NCBI GenBank assembly: GCA_039545335.1
Contig: BCIN01000005.1
Coordinates: 1,395,946-1,459,945 of the forward strand
DNA: 64,000 nucleotides
Source of the DNA: Kondoa subrosea
Lineage: Eukaryota
Reading direction: 5' to 3'
The notes below the pieces were generated by a model. It was not told the DNA's origin. It was given only the letters and a program-made list of their open reading frames with translations, and ran no database searches. This document shows positions 54,185 through 64,000 of this stretch, piece by piece. The position numbers and the translations under genes are program-made. Every line of letters begins with the position of its first letter. Positions within the stretch are counted from its first letter, which is position 1.

Positions 54185-56204
54185 ATGTCTACAGATCCTA
54201 CAGGCCGTTTATCTATGGGCAGTCGTGTAAGCCCATTTGTCGCAAGAGGAGCATAGCACGGTCTAATTTCTCGTTCAGTTTATGGGCGCAAGCCTGAATA
54301 TCATGCTACAGGGCTTCGTTTGGGTCAGATCTCGATCATATACTTCAGATGTTGCTATGCTGACCTTTTGTCTTCAGAGTTTGGCTATACATGTACATAT
54401 CATGTCAGGATCTACATGACATCTTGTGTACTGAAATTTGTCCGCAGTACTACTACCGTTGGGCCAATCGCGATGCAAGATGGTTACGCATTCTGGTTGG
54501 CTTACCTAAACATCCTAGAATCCCAACTTGACATTGATTTGCAGGTCGCTATAATCGTCTTGACTAGCACTGGTCAGACTATTGCTCTTTGGCAAGCACT
54601 TTGGGAGTGAGTTCGCTTTCGCTTATGAGCGACAAGGAGCTTACGGCACCCTAGAATACACGTGTAGGCTTTGACGCGATAGCTATGACGCCAAAGTCTC
54701 ACAACAAGTGCAGAACACACTTGGGAGACATGTCATATATGTTGTCAGTCGTTCATATTTTCCAGAAGTGTTATCACTGACCCTTAGTTCAGCACTACGC
54801 CGAAGTCAGTCGCTCTCAAATCATCATTTCTTCGGCTTAACGTCTTCGCGCTCTAAGAGCCTTCCAGTAAGTATAGACCGACTTACATTTGCGTGCACAG
54901 AGCGCTGACATTTCCTCTGACAGCGCTTCAGTTGCATTCACGGTCATAATGAGCGTTTCGGTGCAAGCTTACTTTGCAAGGAGGTGTTGGATCTTCATAG
55001 GCCGCTCCATAATCTTTGCAGTCATCACTGTCGTGCATTTGATGTGTGAGTCTCCAACATTGCTTATTGTCCGAACGACTGACAATGTATGCAGATATTT
55101 TGATTGGCGTAGTTCAATCTTCATTGAATACCTGCACACAATACTGATGTTGACCACATTCCAGGGATCATATTATGTTTATCTCTCCACGAAACCGTTC
55201 TGGGCTTTGGGCCAGAGGGAGCGAGGTATGCCTCGCAGATGAAAGGGATCTTCGGATCGTGGTTGTCTACATCAGCTGTACGTAATGTGCTTGACCATTC
55301 ATCGCAATAACTCACAATCACCAGTTTGTTGATATCGTGACTTCTGCAATTCTGCTGTTCAAGCTCAATGAAGCAAACTCTCAAACCGAATTCATAGATA
55401 CAAAGTACGCGTCTCATGTCTTCTCCACCTTGTGAACTGCTCTTCATATGTGTCATAGGAGAATCATCTTGCGCACAGCAATTCTGACCATTAATACATG
55501 TCTGATCTCGACCTCATTGGTAAGCCGCTTCTGCCCTTCGTAGTACTACTCTGACTCTCTCTCAAGACAATAAGCGCAACTATCGTGAGCGAATGAGTAG
55601 ACCAGTCGGTACAATTGCTGATAATGTGTCACTGTAGCTGTATTTCGGCATTCCTGATGTCTCGTATTGTGAGTCCACACCTTGTTCTGTACTTCTCTTA
55701 TCTAACATTCTATCAGGCGTCGCATTGTTTCTAGTGCGTGTTCTACTTGCTTCTCGTCCTATCCACTGATGATCTATCTGGTCTTGCTGAACAGCCAGGT
55801 AAGCTATATAAGGTCGATCTTGAATACACACTTATGCATCTCACCAGTCTCCAAGATCTACTGCATCAGCTTCTTTGTTCAACTCGCTTGTCGCACCGGA
55901 CCTGATGGGCATAGCAATAAAAGCGGCTCGTCTTTCATTACTGCTGGCGGAAGGAATACACAAACCTCTACTCATCGAAGTACCTTTGTCGAGATTCCAG
56001 CCATCGCTAAGAGAGAAGAGCATATGGTCAATCTTCCTCTCGCTATTCTCACTTTGCGCTGATTTCAGTTCGCAGGAGTTTGAGAAGCACGGCTTTGCTT
56101 CAGAATATCCACCAGCTGCTACTAATCTGCAGGAGAAGGTATCAAGGCTTTGTTTAGGCGGGAGAGACATGTGTAAAGACTCGATTCATCAGTGTAGAAA
56201 GTAG
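54185..56204 (+). CDS. Basidiomycete multi-pass membrane protein (DUF6534-like)
   Basis: GASLNIMLQGFV, YYRWANRD, SVQAYFARRCW, WLSTSA, DIVTSAILLFKL, ISPVSKIYCISFFVQL. Many introns; the 3' end is approximate. Confidence 0.65.
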
Positions 56205-56639
56205 TATGTAATGCTATTCGAAAGGATCTACCTCACACGATGTCGGTCCGTCTAGCTGATACTGCTCGACTTATTCCGGTTGACCCATCTATGTGGTAAA
56301 TGGACTCGGCATAGTCGCTTTTTACTTGACCTTCCTCGACGAGAAGCCGGCATCTTGTTATCTTGTTCTGTGTATCTGCTGCTGTGTTTTTCACAGCTTG
56401 TCAATCTCCGCATTATCATGTCTACAGAAGTTTTCTTAGCGTTTCCTGTTTGCCTACATGGCGCTCCCGAAGTGTCGTTCCCATGTCATCTCTTTGCTTG
56501 TTTGTTTTGCTCGCAAGTCTTCTACACCTTCTGCGCTTGTCTCCTGAGGTACGGTTCGCTCCTCTATGGCGCTCTCTTGCTTTGATTCTATAAAGCTCTC
56601 TCCCTCCTCATTCTCGCTACCTAACGCACTGCTATCAAC

Positions 56640-57032
56640 ATGACTTTCGAATTATCCAACATCTCATCGACATTCTCATCTGACCTGTACGTGTATTTTG
56701 TACTGCTATACTATGGATTCTCAAGGCTCACGTAGAATGAAACAGAACTAGGCTCAATATCGCCATAGAAGGTGCTTTCATCGCATAAGCTTCAGAGCTG
56801 TACTGACAGTCACATTACACCTTCATCAGGTTGGATAGACTATCTATACTCTTCGATCATCCAACTCTCGTCATCTGAACCCCCCACTGCTTTCGCCCGG
56901 CAATCTGTCTCTGAACTTGATATCGAAGTGCTCGGAAGTGCTACATCAACGAAGAGCAGAGCGACACCGCTTACGCCTGTTGTCTCTATGCACAGAGTAA
57001 AGTATCCGGTCAGAGTGAGCTATGATGTTTGA
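56640..57032 (+). CDS. Small hypothetical protein (about 90 aa, 2 introns)
   Basis: Splices in frame to MTFELSNISSTFSSDL|TRLNIAIE|GWIDYLYSSIIQ...RVSYDV*. Confidence 0.4.
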
Positions 57033-57150
57033 GGTTCGAGATTGGCAGGCTCATAGCGAGACTATTTTGCAGCCTTCGTGTCTCAATCTTCCGCAACAGC
57101 AATTATACACAAGTATGCAAGAGCGATGATTGAAGCGCAGGAAAGATGTA

Positions 57151-57168
57151 TGAGAGAGAGAGAGAGAG
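57151..57168. repeat. (GA)n microsatellite upstream of RPL13
   Basis: gagagagagagagagag read directly. Confidence 0.85.
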
Positions 57169-57383
57169 GGAAACATGTACTATTGAAAGCAGCAACTCCG
57201 TTCTGGTGTACAGATTTGTTAGATGAAGCAGTTTATGCAGCCTGTAGCTTGATATGATGCACAGAAGAAGCCGCAATATGTGTTGAAGTTTGCCTAACGT
57301 GAGAGTGGTGGCAAACTTTTTGTCTTTGGCAGAATCCAAGTTGGTTTGCTACCTTTCACCGACTCCAACAGCAAGACGAAGGG

Positions 57384-58481
57384 ATGGGTTTCAGGTCAGC
57401 CTACGAAGCTTAGACAGAGATGATTACAGCAAGCTAAACCTACCCAATTCGATTTTGACAGTCACAAGTGAGTCGCATTGCAATTCCATCAAGACTTGAT
57501 TGCCAGAACAAGGGGCTGATTGTAGTCTGCGTACAGCAACGTCCTTCACCGCAATCATTTCCGAAAGGACTGGCAGGTCAGTGACTTCTATTGGTTTGCC
57601 TATTCAAAGCTCAAATTTGCAAATTTCAGCGCCAAGTCAAGAGTGAGCTCTATTGAAGCCTTCTGATGCACGAAGTGGTGTCTGATACATACGTCAATCG
57701 CTAGCTTGGTTCGACCAGCCAGGAAAGAAGAAGAGCAGACGTGTAGCGAGAGTCGCAAAGGCTGCCAAACTTGGAGCCAAGTTCGTTTTACTGCAAGGCC
57801 AGGCAATAGGGCAGGGCTGATGGAAGTGCTACAGGCCAACTGAACTTCTTCGCCCAGCTGTTCGATGCCCTACCATCCGCTACAACATGAGAATTCGCTC
57901 TGGACGTGGTTTCACCCTTGAAGAACTCAAAGTTGCTGGCATTCAAAAGAAGCAGGCCTTGAGCATCGGGATCCCAGTCGATCACCGTCGTCGCAACCGC
58001 TCAGATGAATCTCTTGAACGCAACGTTGAGCGATTAAAGGCATACAAGGACAGACTCATCCTCTTCCCTCTCAAGAGCAAAAAGCCAAAGAAGGGCGATT
58101 CATCTGTTTGTCATCAGCCATGTGCAGAAGAAGGGCCATACTGATGGTATTATACAGGCTGAAGACCTCAAGGCAAACTCATCTCGATCCATCTCCGCTG
58201 TTCTCCCTCTACCTGCTTCTTCTACTCCTGAAGAACCAAGAGCCATTACCTCTGAAGAACGTGACTTCAACGCATACACCACCCTCAGGAAAGCTAGAAG
58301 CGATGCCCGATTTGTCGGTGTTCGTGCTGCCGTAAGTTGTGGATTCAATTGCTTTGTGCTGTTACTCAACCATTATGCAGCGCGAGAAGAAGCGTGCTGA
58401 GGAAGAAGAGGCAAAGAGTTCGTGTAGTCCTGCTCTCCTTCATACCATTCACTTACATGCTTTTGTTTTACAGAGAAGTAA
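57384..58481 (+). CDS. RPL13: 60S ribosomal protein eL13
   Basis: [63 protein letters not shown]; contains 6-nt and 13-nt microexons. Confidence 0.97.
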
Positions 58482-58613
58482 ATGCCATAACGCTTTGCTG
58501 CTTGACTTGGACTTCGTCCGGCTGTATGACTCTTGCAAATTGGGGCAAAAGCAGGCAATTTGCATTGCATATATTCCGATGCCCTTTGGCACGATACCTC
58601 TCTGCTGATCTCG

Positions 58614-59041
58614 TTACAATGACCCTCGAATGATGCTTGTTTCTCTTGTTGTGAAGTCATATACCTTAATTCTAGTGAGCCTGAGTCGTATCAAGTGAAG
58701 CTGCTACCTTACAGAAGCTTTGAAATGCGGGTCTGCTTCAATCATAGCTTTCACTTCGCTTTCTTGGTCAGCAGCAACGAATAGCCAAGCACCCGAGCCT
58801 GATCGGGGACATCAACAGACATGACTGCTTTGACTACGAAGCCTACCATCTGCGTACTTGCCAGCCAATTTCAATTGGCCTTGATCTTGCATTTTTTGCA
58901 TATGCTGGACGTGCGCGCTCATCAACGTCTGCCGCGCTGTTGCCTGCCCAAATCAATTCAGTCTATGCTCTTGCGGTGCTTCGTGTTATCCCTTACCTGC
59001 GCAGCGTTGTAGATCCGCTCGACCAGAAATAATTTGCTCAT
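58614..59041 (-). CDS. YCII-related (YciI-like) small protein, 4 exons
   Basis: Spliced MSKLFLVERIYNAAQ|ATARQTLMSAHVQHMQKMQDQGQLKLAGKYADG|SGAWLFVAADQESEVKAMIEADPHFKAS|VYDFTTRETSIIRGSL*. It carries the YCII H...G...AG...G...DP signature and is absent from the ORF track. Confidence 0.8.
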
Positions 59042-59642
59042 TGTTTTGAGATGAGGAACAAGTCAATCTTTGGGGTGGTCTTCTTGCTGTAGATCCCTCT
59101 ATCTAATGTATGTGCCTGTCATCGATTTGAGGTTATTCATCGATTCCTTCATGGCAAGTGTAGCTGCACAGCAGTACACTGCTTCTCTTCTTCACCCAAG
59201 CTTCCGCTTGAAATCAGTGCAAATGATAATGCTGTGTTGTGCGAGAGTTTGTTATCTAAAAAATGCTGTCAGATTGTCTAGGCGAGCTCAATACGACATC
59301 TATCGAAACTTGCCTCTTAACATGTTCCGGCTGATCAACACAGCATAACAAGGATTCGAGATACTCAAAGCAATTGTCCAGATGAGATGAAAACGCGTGC
59401 AGACCACATAATACCCTTCTAATTTGTGTGAAAAATCTCTACATACAATGAATTAATGAAAGCTAAAGAGCCTTCGTTCTATTACGACCTTTGTGACAGA
59501 CAGAAGAAAGCTACTAAGCTGATTAGTGTTCCTATAGTGTACACCCTCATTCTCTTGCTACTATTGATGACCTCTTGAGCACAAGGCTCTTTGAGTTTAA
59601 ACGAGTGTCCTAATTTAAATTGGTTGATGATGACGAGGAGGG

Positions 59643-61436
59643 TTACCGTGAAACAGAAGCTGAGAGCTTAGTTGGATCTACTGATGCTCTTTTGGAAGAT
59701 TTCCACCAACGTGATTTCTCCTTGCCATCAGGAGTAGGTGAAATGGATAAATCGCTCGCTCCGCTTCCGATGTTCGGTGAACCTGACGGCAGGCTGGTCC
59801 TTACAGCCAAGTCCCTAGGTCGTTGGCTATTTGCGCTGGACGTAAGAGCAGGTGAAGAGGTAAGTGCTGGAGATCTAGAGGTCGAAGCTGTGTTTGGGCG
59901 CGAGGTAGACGCGATAGGTTGCATTGATACTGCATACTTTTGCGCTGGTGTTGTGGATGCATTCGCTCGAGGTGAAAGTGGTTCAGGAATCGAGGCGGCG
60001 AGGTCTAGACCTGGGTCAGCGAAGATCAGATCGCATAACTAGTATCAAGCATACCATCTTTCCGCCTGCCATCTTTGCCAGAAGGTAAAGTACGACTTCG
60101 TTTGACTCCTTGCTGACCTTGCTGCTCCTGCTTCTTTCTCCTTTGCCTCCTGCGATCTTCTGATTGATCACTGCCACGTCTGAATAACCCTGTCCGCCTC
60201 GTTTGAGGTTGCCAAGCAGTCTCTTGTTCGCTTTCCGGCACTGTCGCTTGAGTAGATGGAACTGCTTGCGAAGATAGCTGTCGATAAGATAAAGTAGGAG
60301 ATTTGGGTGGTGAGGAAGTGGAGGATAAGTTCTTGCTGATCGAGCCAACGATGGAAGAAGCTGTAGACTTCCTCTTGGCCTTCTTACTTGCAATGACATG
60401 CGGTGGTAGTTCCAATTCGAAACTGGATTGATTGTGAATGAGGAATTCCAGGACTTCTTGACTTCGTTTATGTTCTGCCGCATCTGCTTCTATGTGTAGA
60501 CGCACAGCATCTTTGTCATCTTCATGAGGTATTGAGGCGGTAGGCTGGTGTCGAAGAAGACCAGGTTGGAAGATGGTAGCGAGATTAGATGCAGGCATTA
60601 GATTCTGGTCACTTCGGCGCGCAAAAACGCCCAGTAGATCCAGTACGTAGAAGAAGATGTGTTGTGATGCTGGAGGAAGGGAGTTGATCAGACCTCTGTA
60701 TTGCTCTACCGCACTTTCTTGTTCTGGTAAAGATAGCGGTCCTTCGACGTTATGCCGCGCTAGAGGACTATCAGCATGAGCCTATAAACACAGGTGAGAC
60801 TTACGAAGAGCATCCTGGAAAGACTGATGAAGTACGAAAGGAATGATGGGTTCCTATAAACATAGTTCAGCATTCGAAGTGCACTTTTAATTATTACCGA
60901 CAGGAAGCATGTTCAGATATCTTTTGAATACACTCGCAGCATCGTGTACACTGAAGCTATCCCAAGTTAGGTTCTTGCCATAGCTGAGAATGCAACAGAA
61001 GGATCAGAGGAAGCAATCTAGAAGCCAGAACCGGAAATAAAACCCACCTTGGATAGGAATCAAAGATCTGTTCGAGTTCCTTGATACGTTTGTTCGAGCC
61101 AGATACACGGAAGACTCCTTGTTGCGTTGTCCCTGTTAAGCGAATTAATATGGGAAGTTTCTGGCTTTTAACAGATAATGCACCATTCTCCTTGAGATAG
61201 AGACCCGTCTTTGCTACTACTATTGGTATATGACCGTAGATTCTAGCCTTGCCGTCTGGACCAACTTGAGAAATAGCGACAGAAGCATAACGTAGACTAT
61301 CTTGGAGGGAAACACCAAAGACACCCGCCCCATGCGTTTGCGCAGGTTGTATACTCGTAGCTGCCTTGTCTGATTTCTTATTGAAGCGCTTCCACCACTT
61401 TTGAGGCTTCGAGTTCGGCGAGCTATCGTCGGACAT
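59643..61436 (-). CDS. Rho GTPase-activating protein (Sac7/Bag7-like)
   Basis: GVFGVSLQDSLRYA, YGHIPIVVAKTGLYLKE, arginine finger GVFRVSGSNKRIKEL, VHDAASVFKRYLNML, NLMPASNLATIFQPGLL. The 3' end is uncertain. Confidence 0.9.
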
Positions 61437-62125
61437 CCTTCGAGTGTTATATTCGCATGAGATTGACTGAGAGTAGTCGCTCGAAGATAAGTAAGTGCCA
61501 GACCAGAATACAGGAGTTCTTGCGACGGAATAAGATCAGGAAGGTTGATGCGCCAGACTGGAAGGGGAATCAAAGTCGAGCTGGTATATTTCGCAGCTCT
61601 GCGTGTATTGAGGTAGCTGTACCAGATATCGTGAACACTTCGGGGAATTTGTTTTCTTGCTAAAGGCCGCAAACAAGGTTCGAAGAGTCTCTCAGAGAAG
61701 CGAAATTCGGCGTCGAGACTCTCGTATCTACTTTGCCCATGTCTCGCCACAGCGAACTGATTTCGCTGTCTTGCAAGTGCTTATACGTGCTGAGTTGCAC
61801 CTCTCTTCTAGCGGCAGGCCTCTGGGCGCTTTCCTGAGTTTTGCCGTTTTTTCCCTTTGTTCTTCAGGGTTGCGCTATACTTCTCAGAAAATGATTGCAG
61901 ACTTCTCTGCTAGCTATCTGGTCATCAGAATCTTTTGCCGCGAGCTCCTCCCTCTTCGCGAAATCTTCACTTCTTCATCCATCATAGCCCCCGAACGCTT
62001 TCCTTCTTGTCTTTAACATCGTCGACTCTCTTGCTTTCAACAACCGCTGTTGCTGCACTCTTGTTTGCCAACTGTGAGTTCAGTATAAAATGTAATCAGG
62101 CGTTACTAACGCTGGCAAACAGATC

Positions 62126-63225
62126 ATGCATTCTAACGTTCTTCTCCCTGTTCTTCTTCTCGTCGGTACGGTCATAGCTGTCCCTCAACCTCAAGCAGAT
62201 CCATCAGACCAACCTGCTTGCGTTCAGCTATGCATAAGGAAGAAGATGGAAGAAGCCAGTGAGTCTGCCTATACTACCGTAAGATGACATGTTCTGATAG
62301 CATCGATGACAGAATATTTGGCCCCTGATTGCGATAGCTCCAACATCGCTTGCCTTTGCTCGACCACTTCCTTCACTAAAGCTTACGCCAATTGTCTCAA
62401 AGATAACGTATATCTTTGCAAGAGGCTATGCTTTATGAGAAAGCTAACATTTGATGTGTAGTGCCCAGATGGCGATCTTGTTGCAGGAGCTGCTTACGAA
62501 ATGAAGCTTTGCGGGAAGGCGTAGGTCTTGTCCATTTCTTTTGTAACAGCAGCTGACGTGGTAGAACAAAGGGATACTTCCATGAGTGGCGCGGATGTTG
62601 CTTCATCAGGTACGTATGATCATTGGCTTGGTCTTCCTCCACTGGCTCTGCTGATACCAGCTTGCAGAGAAGTCCGAAGCTCCTTCAATGACAAGTTCAA
62701 CCTCAGCGGACAAAACAAGCAGTACTGCGGATTCAGCTGCTGCGGGAGCTGGTAAAGTCAAGCCTAGCGTCACCTCCTCCTCTTCTTCAGACAGGTAAGT
62801 CTGCCACTGAGACATATTGCAGCATCAAATTTACATTTCTCGACGCAGTGCTGCATCTCCTACATCCGAGATGATAAGTATGATCAGCTCAATCAAAGAT
62901 GGAGCCATGTCAACCATGAAATCAGGCAAAGAGGATACAGCTGAATCAGATAAAGAGGAAGGCAAGCATTCTGATGAATCCATGAAATCCGAAGCTGCGT
63001 CCAAGGTGAGCCCACTGATGTGATTCTGGATCATTTTGGCTAATCCTTGTACAGACATCACAAATTGGAGCTGCAATCACTTCGGCTGCTTCTAGCATCA
63101 AGAACGATATTATCCCAGCTCTTCCTTCTGCCAGTATTATCTCAGCATCTTCTTCGGCAGTCAAGCTTGTCACACACACTTCTGGCTTGATGCTTTTGGT
63201 TGGAGCGATCGCTGCAATGCTCTGA
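62126..63225 (+). CDS. Secreted, probably GPI-anchored CFEM-domain protein
   Basis: Signal peptide MHSNVLLPVLLLVGTVIA; PACVQLC...CDSSNIACLC...CLKDNC...C (8-Cys CFEM); Ser/Thr-rich stalk; hydrophobic C-terminus GLMLLVGAIAAML*. Confidence 0.85.
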
Positions 63226-63547
63226 AATCGCATATAAACGGCAGTGTCTACTTTTCTCTTGTATAAATCAGCAGAAAGCCAGCATCAAGTGTAATACAGT
63301 CTCCTATAGACATGTACAGAAATAGTCATTAGAGACATCGGTCCGCTCCCCTTCAGTTCTAGGCGCGTTCACACACTTCTTTTCCAGCACCAAAACACTT
63401 CGTTCAGTCGTCCTCCTGCTGGTCAGGCTATACACAAACACAATTTGCGGACTCTCACACTTGGCATCTCTGATCTGCATGACACTCGTTTAACCAGAAA
63501 ACACTTCAATTTTGACGCTTTGGCCTGTGGTGCAGTAAGCAGCCAAA

Positions 63548-64000
63548 ATGCAGGAAACTCCTTATCAGCCAGTCGTAGCAAGCTCAAGTAGAAGAATAGG
63601 ACGCGCCGCGTTGCTGGAGATCAATACTAGTGAGCGATCACAAAGGTTGCATCCTGAAAATCTGTCTCCCTCGAATGCTCTATATTGCGCTTCTGCTCCT
63701 ACACGCGGCACTCATGCATCTAGATCTGACTCAACATCAAGCCGCACGTCGCTGGCATCTGCTGGTTCACCCATTCAATGGTTCTCTCCAGCTGCTTCAC
63801 CGCTGCAATCTGGAACAAACTCGCTCGACTGGTCTTCCGTACCAGTCACACCAAGTCGAAAGGGTAAAGAAAGAGCCATAGATGATGGGTTGACACGCGA
63901 GAACAAGCGCCTAGTGGATCTGGAGAGTTGTACGGGACAAGATGAGCTAGCGCCGAAGCAAGGCTCAGGTCTGCTGCCGTCGTTTGCTGGTTTGGGCCTA
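63548..64000 (+). CDS. 5' part of a hypothetical protein running off the window
   Basis: ATG at 63548 with a frame open to the window end; Ser-rich, with a KGKERA motif common in basidiomycete disordered regions. Confidence 0.55.
   Translation, partial: MQETPYQPVVASSSRRIGRAALLEINTSERSQRLHPENLSPSNALYCASAPTRGTHASRSDSTSSRTSLASAGSPIQWFSPAASPLQSGTNSLDWSSVPVTPSRKGKERAIDDGLTRENKRLVDLESCTGQDELAPKQGSGLLPSFAGLGL

Noticed and set aside
57459..57466. CAGTCACA (Homol-D-like ribosomal promoter box) in RPL13
   Set aside because: It is an intron acceptor CAG plus the 6-nt coding microexon, lying inside the gene rather than in the promoter.
63284..63297. ATCAAGTGTAATAC resembling the U2 branch-point recognition region
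   Set aside because: It mismatches the invariant GTGTAGTA and lacks flanking U2 stems and an Sm site; it lies in the CFEM gene's 3' region.

Overview
Gene-dense, very intron-rich eukaryotic DNA. Introns are mostly about 45-70 nt GT-AG with CTRAY-like branch points, there are many microexons, and several introns appear to be GC-AG. The gene families and intron style indicate a basidiomycete fungus, possibly Pucciniomycotina (inference). About 34 protein-coding genes were reconstructed by hand-splicing. Most are housekeeping or regulatory: a UBE2Q-type E2, a KHDC4-like KH protein, RRP42, two SDRs, a RhoGEF, a LIM protein, an RGS-TM protein, VPS2, a prefoldin/UXT-like gene, SEC39, COQ4, SAH1, ATP19, RPN1, YTA7, RPL16, RPL43, RPL13, DNA2, a RhoGAP and a CFEM protein. 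I recognised no transposon, rRNA, tRNA, CRISPR array or secondary-metabolite cluster. The best leads are: (1) an unassigned ~230-nt multi-hairpin element at 24.9-25.1 kb, a candidate structured RNA; (2) a probable poison exon with tandem CAG acceptors and many branch-point motifs in the KHDC4-like splicing-factor gene; (3) strong hairpins in unusually long introns of SAH1 and RPL43; (4) extremely tight head-to-head gene pairs (VPS2/UXT-like and COQ4/SAH1); (5) a YCII gene missing from the ORF track and a metallophosphoesterase, both bacterial-looking. All exon boundaries were inferred by eye and are unverified.
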